Positions 25,452 to 38,647 of a stretch of 64,000 bases of DNA are shown one piece after another (the first letter of the stretch is position 1; each line of letters begins with the position of its first letter). The notes beneath the pieces were generated by a model. That model was not told the origin of the DNA and searched no databases. It was given only the letters and a program-made list of their open reading frames with translations. This DNA comes from Torpedo marmorata. Taxonomy: Eukaryota. The translations under genes and the position numbers were made by a program. The stretch lies in assembly GCA_977017645.1 (NCBI GenBank), contig OZ360235.1, positions 66,030,001 through 66,094,000 on the forward strand, given 5' to 3'.

Positions 25452-25699
25452 ATCGACCAGGTCTGGTTAATGTATCACAGATTGAGCAGATGCAGGAGAG
25501 CATTGTTCAAGCCCTTCGCATCCATCTGCACAGCAACCATCCTGATGCCATCTACTTATTTCCCAAACTTCTCCAGAAGATGGCTGATCTCCGCCAGTTG
25601 GTTACAGAGCATGCTCAACTTGTCCAGAAGATTAAAAAGACTGAGGCAGATACTTTTCTACATCCACTTCTACAGGAAATTTACAGGGATATGTACTGA
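25452..25699 (+). CDS. PPARA: PPAR-alpha last coding exon (helices 9-12, AF-2)
   Basis: ag acceptor at 25450-25451. Reads (D)[15 protein letters not shown]...[39 protein letters not shown]. Confidence 0.97.
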
Positions 25700-28600
25700 G
25701 ATAAATGCAAGTTGTCATCAATATTAAAAGTTACAAATCTTTGTTCATGACTAAGAATAACTAAGTACAAGGATTACTTTTTGCCAATAATTGTTACACA
25801 GCGCTTCTCTCAGGTTTGCTTAACATAATTGGCTGAATTTTGTGCCTTGAGACAATGTAGTGTATTTCATCTGATCAAAATTATGATATATTTTTAAATG
25901 TATTAATCCATTGAAAATTGAGATACTTTGTACTTAAATCAGATTTATTACAAATTATAGTTAATTACAATATGTTATCAAAATGCTAAATTATCTATTG
26001 AAGCTAATCAATTGCATATCAATAAGATGAAAATCTAATAATTTGCTGTGAAAATGAAACTGAAAGGATTATTTTCCATAAATATCAATTGCACTCATCG
26101 AAATGCAGGGTGAAAGAGTCCACTGGTACTTCATGCAACATTTTGATGTTTGTCTTCTAATTTTTTACATTCAATAATTCAAACCATACAGTCAGAAACT
26201 TTGAGAATAAATTTTAATCATGCACAATTTTAAACAATTGATGTAATATTTATATCATTATATACTTTGTGCAGAAAAGGAGAAAACCACTACACAATGG
26301 ATTAACTTTCTTTACCTTGAAGTTGTTAGGATTATTAAATGTGTAACCTGACATGTAAATCCAGACCTATTTCCAATATGAGGAAAGCTTCCCATCCCAC
26401 AATTGAAAACCATACTCTAATGAAACTGTTTCTGATATTCAGACCTCTATCAGTGTTTAAGAAAAATAACAATCCATATTGTTATAATTTTAGCTGATGC
26501 ATTTATGGTTCTATCATTCAATAAATTAAATCCTTCTTACTACATCTTTGCATATTTATGGAGTTCAGCCTCATTGAAATGGTGGTTTATTGTGATCGTG
26601 AGATTATTGTTTGAAATATAATTAACAAAATTAGGTAGAGGTCACTTCTATCAGACCATCAGTGAGGATAGGGGGAAAGAAAATTGAGTCCTCATTGAAC
26701 TTGTAAATCAAAGTAAAATTATCATAAAGCACAAAAGAATAGTGACCAGATGTTTCCAACAGTGCCCGCTGGTTGTGGATGCCTGAAATCTCTGCTTTTG
26801 AGTATTCAAACAAAAATGTCATCATGGATAAACTATTAAAGATGACAATATTTGCTCTTCTATTTCCTTCACTCCCAAAATGCAAATGTAGTCCAGGAGT
26901 TTTTAGTTAGGTGGTTCTTATCAGGCTGAAAATGTTAAATTGTTTTTGCACTTAAGAGTTGTGACTAAATATTGTTTTTTTTTTCTAAAGGGAACAAAAC
27001 TGAAGATTTCGGCTAGCTTTTTGAATTTAATATCAGTCTTTTAAATAATACTTTAATAAAGGGTTAATTTTTAAAATGACATTCAAAACTAATTTAATGT
27101 TTATGCAATATAATCCACGTTAAAATTGAGTACGATTCTGTGTAGGGGTCAAACTTAAAAAAAGTTTTGTGGAAAGTCTGTAAACTAGTATTTATGTAAG
27201 TATTGAGGTCCTATAGTCAAACTGACTTTTCTGGAAATTAGATTTTTTTTTCCTCCTTCGGGAACTCATTTATTAAAAGACTATTGTGGAGTTTTGAAAT
27301 GCCTTAACCTTAGTACTTCACGAGTGCAGACTACTGTACAGTATTTCCTTTATTGATGATTAGATGTAAACAACTGGAAACACTAATGGACAATTTTTAC
27401 TTTGGCCAACATTAAAACTAATACTAAAAAAAATGTATACCAGTACTTTAAGCAATTGTATAGGAGTATTTGCATGAGGAAGATGGAATGGTACTGCCAA
27501 ATTTTTTTTTTCTCAAAGTAATAGTAATTTGCCTTCTTGTTTGAGGCTTGAGCACTTTCTTAAATCTTGTATGCCATAACTATACACTTGTTGCACAAAA
27601 CTGTATTTTTCTACTGAATCTTTTGTGACATTTTGCAGTCACTACAAAATGTATTTTCTTAATATGCATAATTTGTATGTGTCATTTAGAGATTTGTACT
27701 AACACACCAATCGTCCACTAATTGATTCTTGACCATTGGAAATAGACTGAAAATGCATGTAGGTTGTGAAAAATCAATAAACTTGGTGTGGGAAGGCTGG
27801 AATTATATGATGTCAGACAAGTATACAATATATCCAACAAAATGTGCTTTCTATTTTTATCATATGTGGTACAATTTTAGTTCAAAGATAAATTGGTAAC
27901 ATAATTCATGACATTTTCAATCCCTTTTGACTCCTGCAGAATTTTTTTTAATAAACGTCCTTTCCTGTTAACATTTAGATTGAACAAGCTGATAATTCTT
28001 GTGTATAAGACGATAAATTTCACATTCTGCAGCTATCATTCAATAATACTTTTCACAGCTAAAGGCAATAATTTGTCCTAGGCTCCCTAAATAAACTCTT
28101 TGTCAGTTTATTCATATGAATCTGTAACAAATGTTATTTATCCTTTATAATTATTTATCCCTAAATCAACAAAATCTTCATAGCCTTTTATTGTCTTTGG
28201 CTTTGGTAATTTTCATTGTGCCCACTGTACATTATCATTTTCAGACTTTCAAATATATTTTTAAGGGAAAAGCAAACCGGTATCAGCTGCTAAATATGAA
28301 GAGCAAGAGCTTTTTGATGAGCTAATTATATTTTTCCAGCTCTGAAAATGTAATTCATACATTGTCAAGTTTAAGTTAAGGTAAACCCACACAAATGAGG
28401 TACTTGTTTTGTACATATGTGCAAACACAATGCAATCACTAATTTCTTATACCCAAGTATCCTTTGGTGTTTCTTTAAATTCTTAGTGGTACTCAAATAG
28501 TTTCCAGCTGCTTTCTTAGTTCTAAAATTTCCAATACAATAATTGAGGCACAGAGTGGTAATTGTTTGATATTATTATGTTGGAGCTCGTACTCTCTTTA

Positions 28601-30445
28601 AAAATGGAATTTAGGTAAATCAAAATCCATTTTGCCAAAGTGAATCCCATTGTTTGTAAAACCACTGGGAATCTCATTATATTACTGAATTCCTATAATG
28701 CTCTTCAATTTCCCAGGAAAGTAATTATTCTTGAAGTTTTATTATAGTAAGACAAAAAGTATGTTTTGTGCATCTTAGATAGCATTCAACACTGCAATTA
28801 TCAATTTTAGGGATCCAATTATTACATTTATTTTGAGAATATTGAAAATTGATTTTGTTATGCTTTGTGCAAGTCTTGGTGCCTTTCCCTCTATCCCAAT
28901 GCCTGTTTATCATACGTCCAATTCATGGGGTATCTTTAACTTACAATGTTAATTAAAGGGCAGTCTTTTAAATGTAGTGCTATACTGAATACTGATATAC
29001 CAAAACTGGTGAAAATCTAAATAAATCTTTTGTGCTTCCATTGCATAAAGAGGTAATATTCAGGTATTAAAATACTCTGCCACTACTTGCGAGTATCCTG
29101 CATACAGCAAAAGCTGATTCATAATCTAACGAAGATGTCATTAAGTAGCAGTACCCACTCTCAATTAAGGTATGCTTTTTTATTTCATATTTGAATTGAT
29201 TTTCTTCTGTTTGTGTTATGTATGAACATTACATGCATAAGTGGCATTTAATGGACAGCTAGGAATGATTTACCAAACATAATGCAAAATAAAGTTCTCA
29301 GATTCCAGTAGTGAAATCTGAGAGATTTAATTCTTTGTGAGAACACTCGAAACTGAATAAAACTGAAAACATATTCAGATTGTATAGGATATGTTTGACA
29401 ATATTTTTGTGCTACCAGTTTTTGTTTAAAATGTATCCATGCATTTACTATTTTTAAAGCAGGAAAGGGATTGAAGTAGATTTTATGAATGTTCTTAGTT
29501 TTGCAGCATCATGTGATTGGAAGGTTTGTTGCCAAGATAGTCCAGCATGATGGATGTGTGGCATTCCTTAAAGGACTTTTTCAGCAACAGCTCTAATATT
29601 TGAGAAAATGTTGCATTCTGTTGTGACATGAGTCTTGAGTTTCATGTCTGGATGTTTAAGTGTGTTGAATACATTTAATTTACATTGTTGATGCTCAGAG
29701 GAATATGTGATCTTGCTTTCCACCTCAGTGGTATTTACACATTAAAAATTATGAAACTTAGTTATTTTTCTCAGTGATGCAAAAGCAAAGTCATGATCTT
29801 TAACGGATAGTTGTCTGCTTGAGATACAAGCCAGTAAAATGTTCAAATGCCAGAATCTTAAATTAATACAGCCAAAAGCAATTAATTTCTAATCTTTATT
29901 ACTTGTGGTTTTTTTTGCAAATGTATTATATCAGAAATGTATTCACGTGAGTGTAAGTAGCTTATTGCCTCAGGTTAAATCAAAATCTTAGGGTTGTGTA
30001 AATATAGAGGGATATTGTTTCTGAAATATAGATTAATTGCCTTGAAATGGCATACATATCTAAGTGAGAACAATATTACTTTTGCACTTTATCAAAACTA
30101 TATTCATCAATTAATCAATAAATGTTTATGTTGGTGACTATTTAAAATATATATATATGCATGAAAAATGCATGGGAGTATTGTCAGTAAGGGGATTATT
30201 AGGCTAGGTTTGATAGTATTTGTTATAAATGGTGACATTTATCCCTTTTCAAAATACAATTTATACTCAGATGTGTTTGATAATTTAAAATTAAGGGACA
30301 GTGTTCTAACATCCATATTAGATGATAACGTCTTTTTGAACATTGATTATTTTGTGTGCGCTGCAAGAAACTGGTGTATATACAAATGAAACTTGTGTTG
30401 TAAAACTTACATTGAAAATCAATAAACTGAATTTAAATAAAATTT
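25700..30445 (+). promoter_or_regulatory. Putative long PPARA 3'UTR ending near AATAAA at 30421
   Basis: AT-rich unique sequence with no recognisable TE. AATAAA at 30421 and 30436 lie just before a CR1 begins. Earlier AATAAA sites also exist. Confidence 0.5.
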
Positions 30446-30464
30446 TAAAATACGTTGCATTATT

Positions 30465-31665
30465 TATGTAAGTTGGATTTTCAGAAGGCATTTGACAAGG
30501 TGCCGCACATGAGGCTACTTAACAAGATAAGAGCCCGTGGTATAACAGAAAATATACTAGCGTGGATGAGCATATGCTGATTGGCAGGAAGCAGAGAGTT
30601 GAAATACAAGGATCATATTCTGATTGGCTGCCAGTTGCTAGTGGTGTTTCACAGGGGTCAATGTTGGGGCCGCTTTTTATATTGTATATTAATGATTTGG
30701 ATGATGGAATGAATGAGTTTGTGGCCAAGTTTACAGATGATATGAAGGAGGGTGGAGGAGCAGCTAATGTAGAGGAAACATGGAGGCTGCAGAAGGATTT
30801 AGACAGATTTGGAAAATTGGCAGAGAAGTGGCCAATGAAATATAATGTCGGAAAGTGTACGGTCATGCACTTTGGTAGAAAAAATAAACGGGCAGACTTT
30901 TTTTGAAATGGAAAGAAAATTGAAAATCCTCAGATGCAAAGGGACCTGGGTGTCCTCGTCCAGGACAGCCTGAAGGTAAGCTTGCCTGTTGAGACGGTGG
31001 TAAAGAAGGCAAATGCAATACTGGCATTAATTTCAAGGGAAATAGAATATACTGTAAGAGCAGGTATGTGATGTTGAGGCTTTATAAGACTCTGGTGAGA
31101 CCTCATGGAGTATTGTGAGCAGATTTGGGCTCCTCATTTAAGAAAAGGTGTGCTGACGTTGGAGAGGGTTCAAAGGAGGTTCACTAGGATGATTCTGGGA
31201 ATGAAAGGGTTATCAGATGAGGAACGTTTGACAGCACTTGGCCTGTTTTCGTTGGAATTGAGAATGAGAGGGGATCTCATTGAAACATTTCGAATGTTGA
31301 AAGGCATGGACAGAGTAGATGTGGAAAGGTTGTTTCCCATGGTGGGAGAGTCTAGGGGTCTAGGACGAGAGCACAACTTCAGAGTTAAAGGGGTGTCCGC
31401 TTAGTACAGAAATACGTAGGAATTCTTCAGCCAGCAGGTGGTAAATCTGTGGAATTTGTTGCCACAGGTGGTTATGGAGGCCAGGTCATTGGGTGCATTT
31501 AAGACAGAGATTGATAAGTTCTTGATTAGCCAGGGCATCACAGGTTATGGGGAGAAGGCCAGGCAGTGGGTCTGAGTGGGAAAATGGATCAGCTTATGAT
31601 TAAATGGTGGGGCAGACTCGATGGGCTGAATAGCCTATTTCTTCTCCTAGGTCTTATGGTCTTAA
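30465..31665 (+). mobile_element. CR1 LINE, 5'-truncated
   Basis: [20 protein letters not shown] and [12 protein letters not shown] motifs. CR1 tail GGGCTGAATAGCCT...TCTTATGGTCTTA. Confidence 0.9.
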
Positions 31666-31920
31666 GTTTCAGAATCTAAATGTGACCAACTAACAATTCA
31701 TCTACATCATAAGTTCCGTTATGTGTCATTGTCAGTACTTTACAACAGTGGTTCATTGCCTTAGAGACCAATCTTACGATTGACAATGACGAGAAGATAT
31801 TAGGTTTAGGATTTAATTTAATATCAGACAATACAGACTGAATGAAAATGTGCAGGCATAGTAACTTGGACTGTGAGGACAAGAAGGTAGAATAAAACAT
31901 TTAATTTACTAAAATTGGAA

Positions 31921-32282
31921 TCAGTGGTGTTTGTTGTCACACAGAGACCGACATGGATGTTCTTGCTCCACCCTCTTCATCTCTCCAATCTTCTGCTCTA
32001 CTTGTGTTGGGTTGCTCTCTGCCCCATCAATTCCTACAGCCTCAGCCAGGAGTTCCCACCTCTTTGTTTTCTCCTAGAATAACTTGGCAGAAGCTACGAC
32101 CGCCCGTCTAATGTCAACTGCACTCGGCAATCTGCGATGACTGCATGCAGTAAGGACATGTGGTTGAAGATGGTTAGAGCTAAATGAGATGAGAAGCGCC
32201 TGAAGGATGAGTCTGTCTCTAACCTCCAGCAATACCCATGACCCTCCGGATATTGTAGCCGTATTGTTTCAGAACCTCTGTT
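31921..32282 (-). pseudogene. Possible decayed terminal exon of an unidentified gene
   Basis: Polypyrimidine acceptor TTTTGCTTTTTCATCCTTGGTTATTCTAG, a 120-codon frame with two internal stops, and ATTAAA just past the final stop. No homology recognised. Confidence 0.25.
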
Positions 32283-32604
32283 CTAGAATAACCAAGGATG
32301 AAAAAGCAAAACTTGTAAGTACACAACTACCATTAGGTTCACGAAATTAGTGTGCAATTTATATGTTTGTTTGGCGTACTTTTATCATTATAAGCCATCC
32401 AACGATGTTGAAGTTTATCAAAGAACTTTTAAAAACTTGCTTATCAATCAGTGTTCAGAAAATCTAAGACAGTGGTTCTCAACCTTTTTTTCTAACTACT
32501 GACATACCACCTTTAGTAACCCTTACTAACCACAGAGCACCTATGGCAATGTGAACCATTTTTAGGTTTGAAAAATCTTTTGAGTTTCTGAATAGAAACA
32601 GTGT

Positions 32605-35175
32605 GCAGAGTCTGCGTTGGTATTAACCAGAAACCATGGTTGGATGCAAGGTCTGGGCACTTCTCAGAGCTCGTGATGCTGCCTTCAGGACAGGGGATAG
32701 GATGGCAGGAAGATCAACCAGGGCTGAATTCTCCCGTGCAATCGGGAAGGCAAAGTGAGGGTACGCACAGAAGATCCACAGACAGCTGTGCAACACCGGC
32801 GACACGAGGCACATGTAGCAAGGGATCAAGACTATAACGGATCACAAGTCAACCGTGCGAATTAAAGACAACGACGCCTCTTCCGGACAGACTGAACATC
32901 ATCTATGCACGGTTTGATGAGAAGAACAAGATGATGCCGAAGAAAGCTCCGTGTCCCCTGATGAATGGGTCCCATGGATAGCCGAGGCCGAGGTGAGGAG
33001 AGCCCTATCCAAGGTGGTGGGACCAGACAACATACCTGGTTAGGTACTGAAGAACTGCGCAGACCAATTGATGGAGGTCTTTACGGACATCTTCAACACC
33101 TCACTGCAGCAGTCCATTGTCCCCGCGGGTTTCAAGACAGCCACCATCATCCTGGTACCAGAGAGGGACAAATAACAGGCCTCATTGACTACTGCCCCAT
33201 GGCACTGACCACATTATGAAATCCTTTGAGCATCTGGTGATGGAACGCATCAACGCACATCTCCCAGAGATGCTGGACCCATTTCAATTCGCCTATGGAA
33301 GAAACCGTTCCACAGATGATACTATAGACTTATCCCTTCACTCTGTCCTAACCCACAAGAACGACGGCTCATATGCCAGGCCGCTGTTAATCGACTTCAC
33401 CTTGGTGTTTAATATGATTATACCCCCAGAGGCTGGTGGAGAAGCTGTCCTCAACAGCCCTCTCTGTAACTGGATCCTGGACTTCCTAACGGAAAGACAA
33501 CTGTCTGGGTCTGGAGCAGAACGTCGAGCACCGTTAGCCCTGAGGTGCTCAAATGCTCAGTGAGTGTGCTCAGCCCGCTCCTGTTCACGCTACTGATCCA
33601 CGACTGCATCGCCAGATCCAGCTCCAAGTGTCATCAAGTTTGCAGATGACACAACAGTAGTTGGCCTCATCAGCAACAATGAAGAGTCGCACCACAGAGA
33701 AGAGGTGGAAAATCTTGTGATATCAGAATCAGAATTTATTGTCATGAACAAGTCATGAAATTCGGTGTTTTGCGGCAGCATCATAGTGCAATTAACATTC
33801 ATATTAACCATCTTACGACATTACTATAAAAAATTATAAATAATAGTGCACGAAAAGTAAGGCAGTGTCTTTGGTTCATTGATTATTCAGGAATCTGATG
33901 GCAGCGGGGAAGAAGCTGTCCTTGTGCCGTTGAGTGCTTGCCTTTAGGCTCCTGTACCTTTTTCCCGATGGAAGCAGAGTGAAGGGAGCATGGCCTGGGT
34001 GGTGGGGGTCTTTGAGGATAGAGGCTGCTTTTTTAAGACACCGCCTCATGTAGATGTCCTCGATGGAGTGAAGTTTGGTGCCTGTGATGTCACAGGCCAA
34101 GTTAACAACCCTCTGGAGTTTACTCTTGTCCTGAGAGTTGGCGCCTCCATACTAGGCAGTGATGCAACCAGCCAGAATGCTCTCCACGGTACACCTGTAG
34201 TTTACGAGAGTCTTCGGTGACATACCGAATCTCCGCAGACACCTCACAAAGTATAGCCGCTGACGAGCCTTCTTTGTGATTGCATCAACGTGGATGTTCC
34301 AGGACAGCTCCTCGGAGATGTTGACACCCAGGAATTTGAAGTTCTTGACACTCTCCACTAAACCCTCAATGAGGACTGGGTCATGTTCCCCTGACTTCCT
34401 CCTGAAGTCCACAATCATCTTGGTTTTGTTGACGTTGAGCTCAAGGTTGTTGTCGTTACACCATTCAATGAGCTGATCTATCTCCCTCCTGTACGCTTCC
34501 TCATTGCCGTTTGTGATTCTGCCGACAACTGTGGTGTCATCGGCAAACTTGTAGATGGCATTGGAATTGTGCCTGGCCACAGTCGTAGGTGTATAATGAG
34601 TAGAGCAGTGGACTAAGCATCCATCCTTGGGATGCGCCTGTGTTGATAATCAGTGAGGAGGAGACGTTGTTTCCAATTCGTACTGACTGTGGTCTTCCGA
34701 TGAGAAAGTCAAGGATCCAGTTGCAGAGTGGGGTACAGAGGCCTAGAGTTTGTAGCTTCTTGACCAGCACTGAGGGAATAATGGTATTGAAGGCCGAGCT
34801 GTAGTCGCTGAAGAGCAGCCGTATGTATGAATTGCTGTTTTCGGGGTGATCCAGAGCTGAGTGGAGAGCCAGCGATATTGCATCTGCTGTGGAGCGATTG
34901 TGACGATAGGCGAATTGCAGAGGGCCCAGATCTTTGCTTAGGTACGTGTTAATTCTGGCCATGACCAGCCTCTCAAAGCATTTCATCACAGTAGAAGTTA
35001 GTGCTACTGGGCAGTAGTCGTTGAGGCAGCCCACACTACTCTTCTTGGGTACCGGGATGATTGATGCCCTCTTGAAGCAGGTGGGAACCTCTGATTGCCG
35101 CAATGAGAGGTTGAGAATGGTGCAAGAGTAACAACCTGAGTCTCAACATGGACAAGACGAAGGAGATGATCGTGG
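32605..35175 (+). mobile_element. Second Rex1/Babar-type family, degenerate, split by an antisense Rex1
   Basis: [22 protein letters not shown] and FADDTTVVG motifs. The sequence resumes at ~35113 ([18 protein letters not shown]). Confidence 0.8.
33723..35115 (-). mobile_element. Rex1/Babar-type LINE, 5'-truncated, antisense
   Basis: (TCAGAA)n TTTATTGTCATGA tail at 33723. ORFs 34537-35103 and 34152-34580 are near-identical to the copy at 40290-43266. Confidence 0.9.
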
Positions 35176-38100
35176 CCCACATTCACCACTTCAGCTGGCA
35201 GCTTGTTCCATACGTCCACCAATCTCTGTGTGAAGAAATTCCCCCTAATGTTCCCCCTAAATTTCTCCCCTTGCACCCTTAACCCATGTCCTCTGGTTTG
35301 TATCTCACCTAACCTTTATGGAAAAAGCCTACTTGCATTTACTCTTATCTATACCCATCATAATTTTAAATACCTCTATCAAATCTCCTCTCATTCTAAG
35401 CTCCAGGGAACAAAGTCCTAACCTGCTTAACCTTTCCCTGTAACTCAGTTCCTCAAGTACCAGCAACATCCTTATAAATCTCTGCACTCTTTCAATTTTA
35501 TTGATATCTATCCTGTAGTTAGGTGACCAAAACTGCACACAGTACTCTAAATTTGGCCTCACCAATGTTTTCTACAACTTTACCATAACATAGAATGAAT
35601 TAGAATTATTAGTTACTAAAGGAGATGTAAATAAATTTATTTCTCAAATGTATAAATTGTTTCAGAGGAAAACTTCTAAAGTAGGAATTCATAAATCAAG
35701 ATTAAAATGGGAATTAGATTTGAATGTAACAATAGATGAGAATCACTGGAAAGAATTATGTAAATTAAGTATGACGAAGATTATTAATGTTAGATATAGA
35801 TTAGTACAATATAATTTTTTTCATCAATTATATTTAACACCTAAAAAACTAAAGAAATTTAATCTGACATTATCAGGTTTATGTTTTAGATGTAATAGAG
35901 AAGAAGGTTCTTTTGTACATTCTACATGGTTTTGTCCAAAAATTTATGATTTTTGGTTGAAAGTTAAAAAATTTAAGTATTTAAGATTACATTTCCAATG
36001 GATCCTATGATATTTTTGTTTGGAGATATTAGAAAATTTAGTATTAAGATGAAATTAAACATGTATCAAATAGAATTTTTGCGAATTGCTTTAGCTGTTT
36101 CAAAGAAATGTATTGCTATTACTTGGAAATCTGATTTAGATTTAGGATTAGAAAGATGGCATGCAGAACTTCATTCGTGTATACCACTTGAAAAAATTAC
36201 CTATAATTTACGTAATAAATATCATTTTATCTTAAAAATTTGGAGCCCATATATGAAAGTTGTTGGTTTAAGGATTTGAAGATCTCTGGGTATCGGATCT
36301 ACTGGCATACCTGACCTCCACAATATAATTCGTTTATAGATGTATGTTTTTTAGATTGGCATTCTCCTTACTCTATCTTTTTCTTTCTTTTTTTTTCTTT
36401 CTCTATTTTTATTTTTTATTTTTTTTTAATTAGATTAGTGGGGTTGGGAGGGTTGGGTGGGGGAGGGGAGGGTGGGTGAAAATGTATCACAAATATTTTG
36501 ATAATTTCATATTTTATGTATTTTGTGATTTAAAATTTTAAATAAAATATTTTTTTTAAAACTTTATCATAACATCCCAACTCGTATTCAATACTGACTT
36601 ATAAAGGCCAATGTGCCAAAAGCTCTTTATGACCCTATCTACCTGTGATGCCACTTTCATGGAATTGTGTATCTGTATTCCCAGATCCCAGATCACTCCT
36701 CTGTGCCCTACCATTTACTGTGTATGTCCTACCTTGGTTTGTCCTTCTAAAATGCAAAACCTCACACTTGTCTGCATTAAATTACATCTGCCATTTTGCA
36801 GTCCACTTTTCAAGCTAGTCCAGATCCCTCTGCAAGCTTTGAAAGCCTTCCTCGCTGTCCCCGACATCTCCAAACTTTGTGTCATCTGCAAACTTGCTGA
36901 TCTAATTTACCACATCATCTAGAACCTAGATCATTGATATAGATGACAATGGACCCAGCACTGATCCTTGAGGCACACCACTAGTCACAGGCCTCCAGTC
37001 AGAGAGACAATCATCCACTACCACTCTCTGATTTCTCCCATACCACTCTCTGGCTTCTCCCATAAAGCCAATGTCGAATCCAGTTTACTACCTGACTATG
37101 AATACTGAGAGACTGAACCTTACTGACTAACCTCCCATGTGGGTCCTTGTCAAAGGCCTTACTAAAGTCCATGTAGACAACATCCACAACCTTTCCTTCA
37201 TCAACATTCCTGGTAACCTCCTCGGAAAACTCTACAAGATTTGTTAAAAGCGACCTACCACGCACAAACCATGTTGACTATCCGTAATCAGTACCTGACT
37301 ATCCAAATACTTATATATTTGATCTCTTAGAACGCTTTCCAATAACTTACATACTACTGATGTCAGGCTCACTGGCCTATAATTTCCTGGGTTATTTTTG
37401 GAGCCTTTTTTAAACAACTGAACAATATGAGCTATCCTCCGGCACCTCACCTGTGGCTAAAGACATTTTAAATATATCTGCCAGGGCCCCTGCTATTTCT
37501 ACAATAGCCTCCCTCAAGGTCCGAGGAACTATCTTGTCAGGCCCTGGGGATTTATCCACCTTTATTTGCTTTAAGACAGCAAGCACCTCCTCCTCTTTAA
37601 TCTTATAGGTTCCATGACCTACCTGACTGTCACACTTCCTTAGGCTCTGTGTCAGTTTCATGGGTAGGTACAGATGCAAAAAAAAAACCCATTTAAGATC
37701 TCCCCCATCTCTTCTGGGTCCATACATCGCCAACCTCTCCGAACTTCAAGAGGACCAATTTTGTCCCTTGCTATCCTTTTGCTCTTAATATACCTGTAGA
37801 AGCCCTTAGGATTTTCCTTCACCTTGTCTGCCAAAGCAACCTCATGACTTTTTTTAGCCCTCCTGATTTCCCTCAAGTTTTTTCCTGTGTTTTTTTATAC
37901 TCCTCAAGTACCCCATTTGCTCCTTGTTTCCTCTGTCTCCCAGCCCTCTCTCTTCCTCTTAACCAGATCCCCAATATCCCCCAAACTAAGGTTCCTTATG
38001 CCTATTAACTTTGCCTTTAATCCTTATGGGTACATACAAACTCTGTATTCTCAAAATTTCACCTTTCAAGGCCTTCCAATTACTGAGCACATCTTTGCCA

Positions 38101-38283
38101 ACCGAGCACAATCCACACTTTTTAGATCCTTTTTCATTTCCTCAAAATTGGCCGTTCTCCAAGTTAGAATCTCAACCCAAGGACCAGACCTATCCTTATC
38201 TATAATTATCTTATACCTAATGGCATTATGATCACTGCACCCAAAGTGTTCCCCCATACATACTTATGTCACCTGTTCTGTCT
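35176..38283 (-). mobile_element. CR1 LINE (EN end to RT), degenerate, split by an L1
   Basis: Minus-strand EHFGCSDHN, KENPKGFYRYIKSK, DKSPGPD, YMDFSKAFDK and RPNLEYCVQFWSP motifs. Confidence 0.9.
35592..36559 (+). mobile_element. L1-clade LINE 3' fragment (same family as 17798-19054)
   Basis: Near-identical ORF2 C-terminus. 15/16 TSD AACTTTAYCATAACAT (35576-35591, 36560-36575). Confidence 0.92.
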
Positions 38284-38647
38284 CTAATACAGTGGTTCTA
38301 TACCTTTTTTCCCACAAACATACCACCTTAAGTTATCCCTTACTAACCACAGAACACCTATGCTTTTTAAATAGTCCTCTTCTCGTTCCAAGTCACGGAC
38401 TTGCAGTTCCCGACGAGAAACAAATAAGCACCTACCTTTCTGGGACACCTGCTCTTTGTAATTTTTATAAATGATTTGGATGAAGTGGAGGGGTGGGTCA
38501 GTAAATTTGCAGATGATACAAAGGTTGGAGGTGTTGTAGTGCAGAAGGTTGACATCGGTTGCAACTGAATATAGACAGGATGGAGTTGATCGGAGAAGTG
38601 GCAGATGGATTTTAATTTGGGTAAGTGTGGAAGGTCAAACTTGAAGG

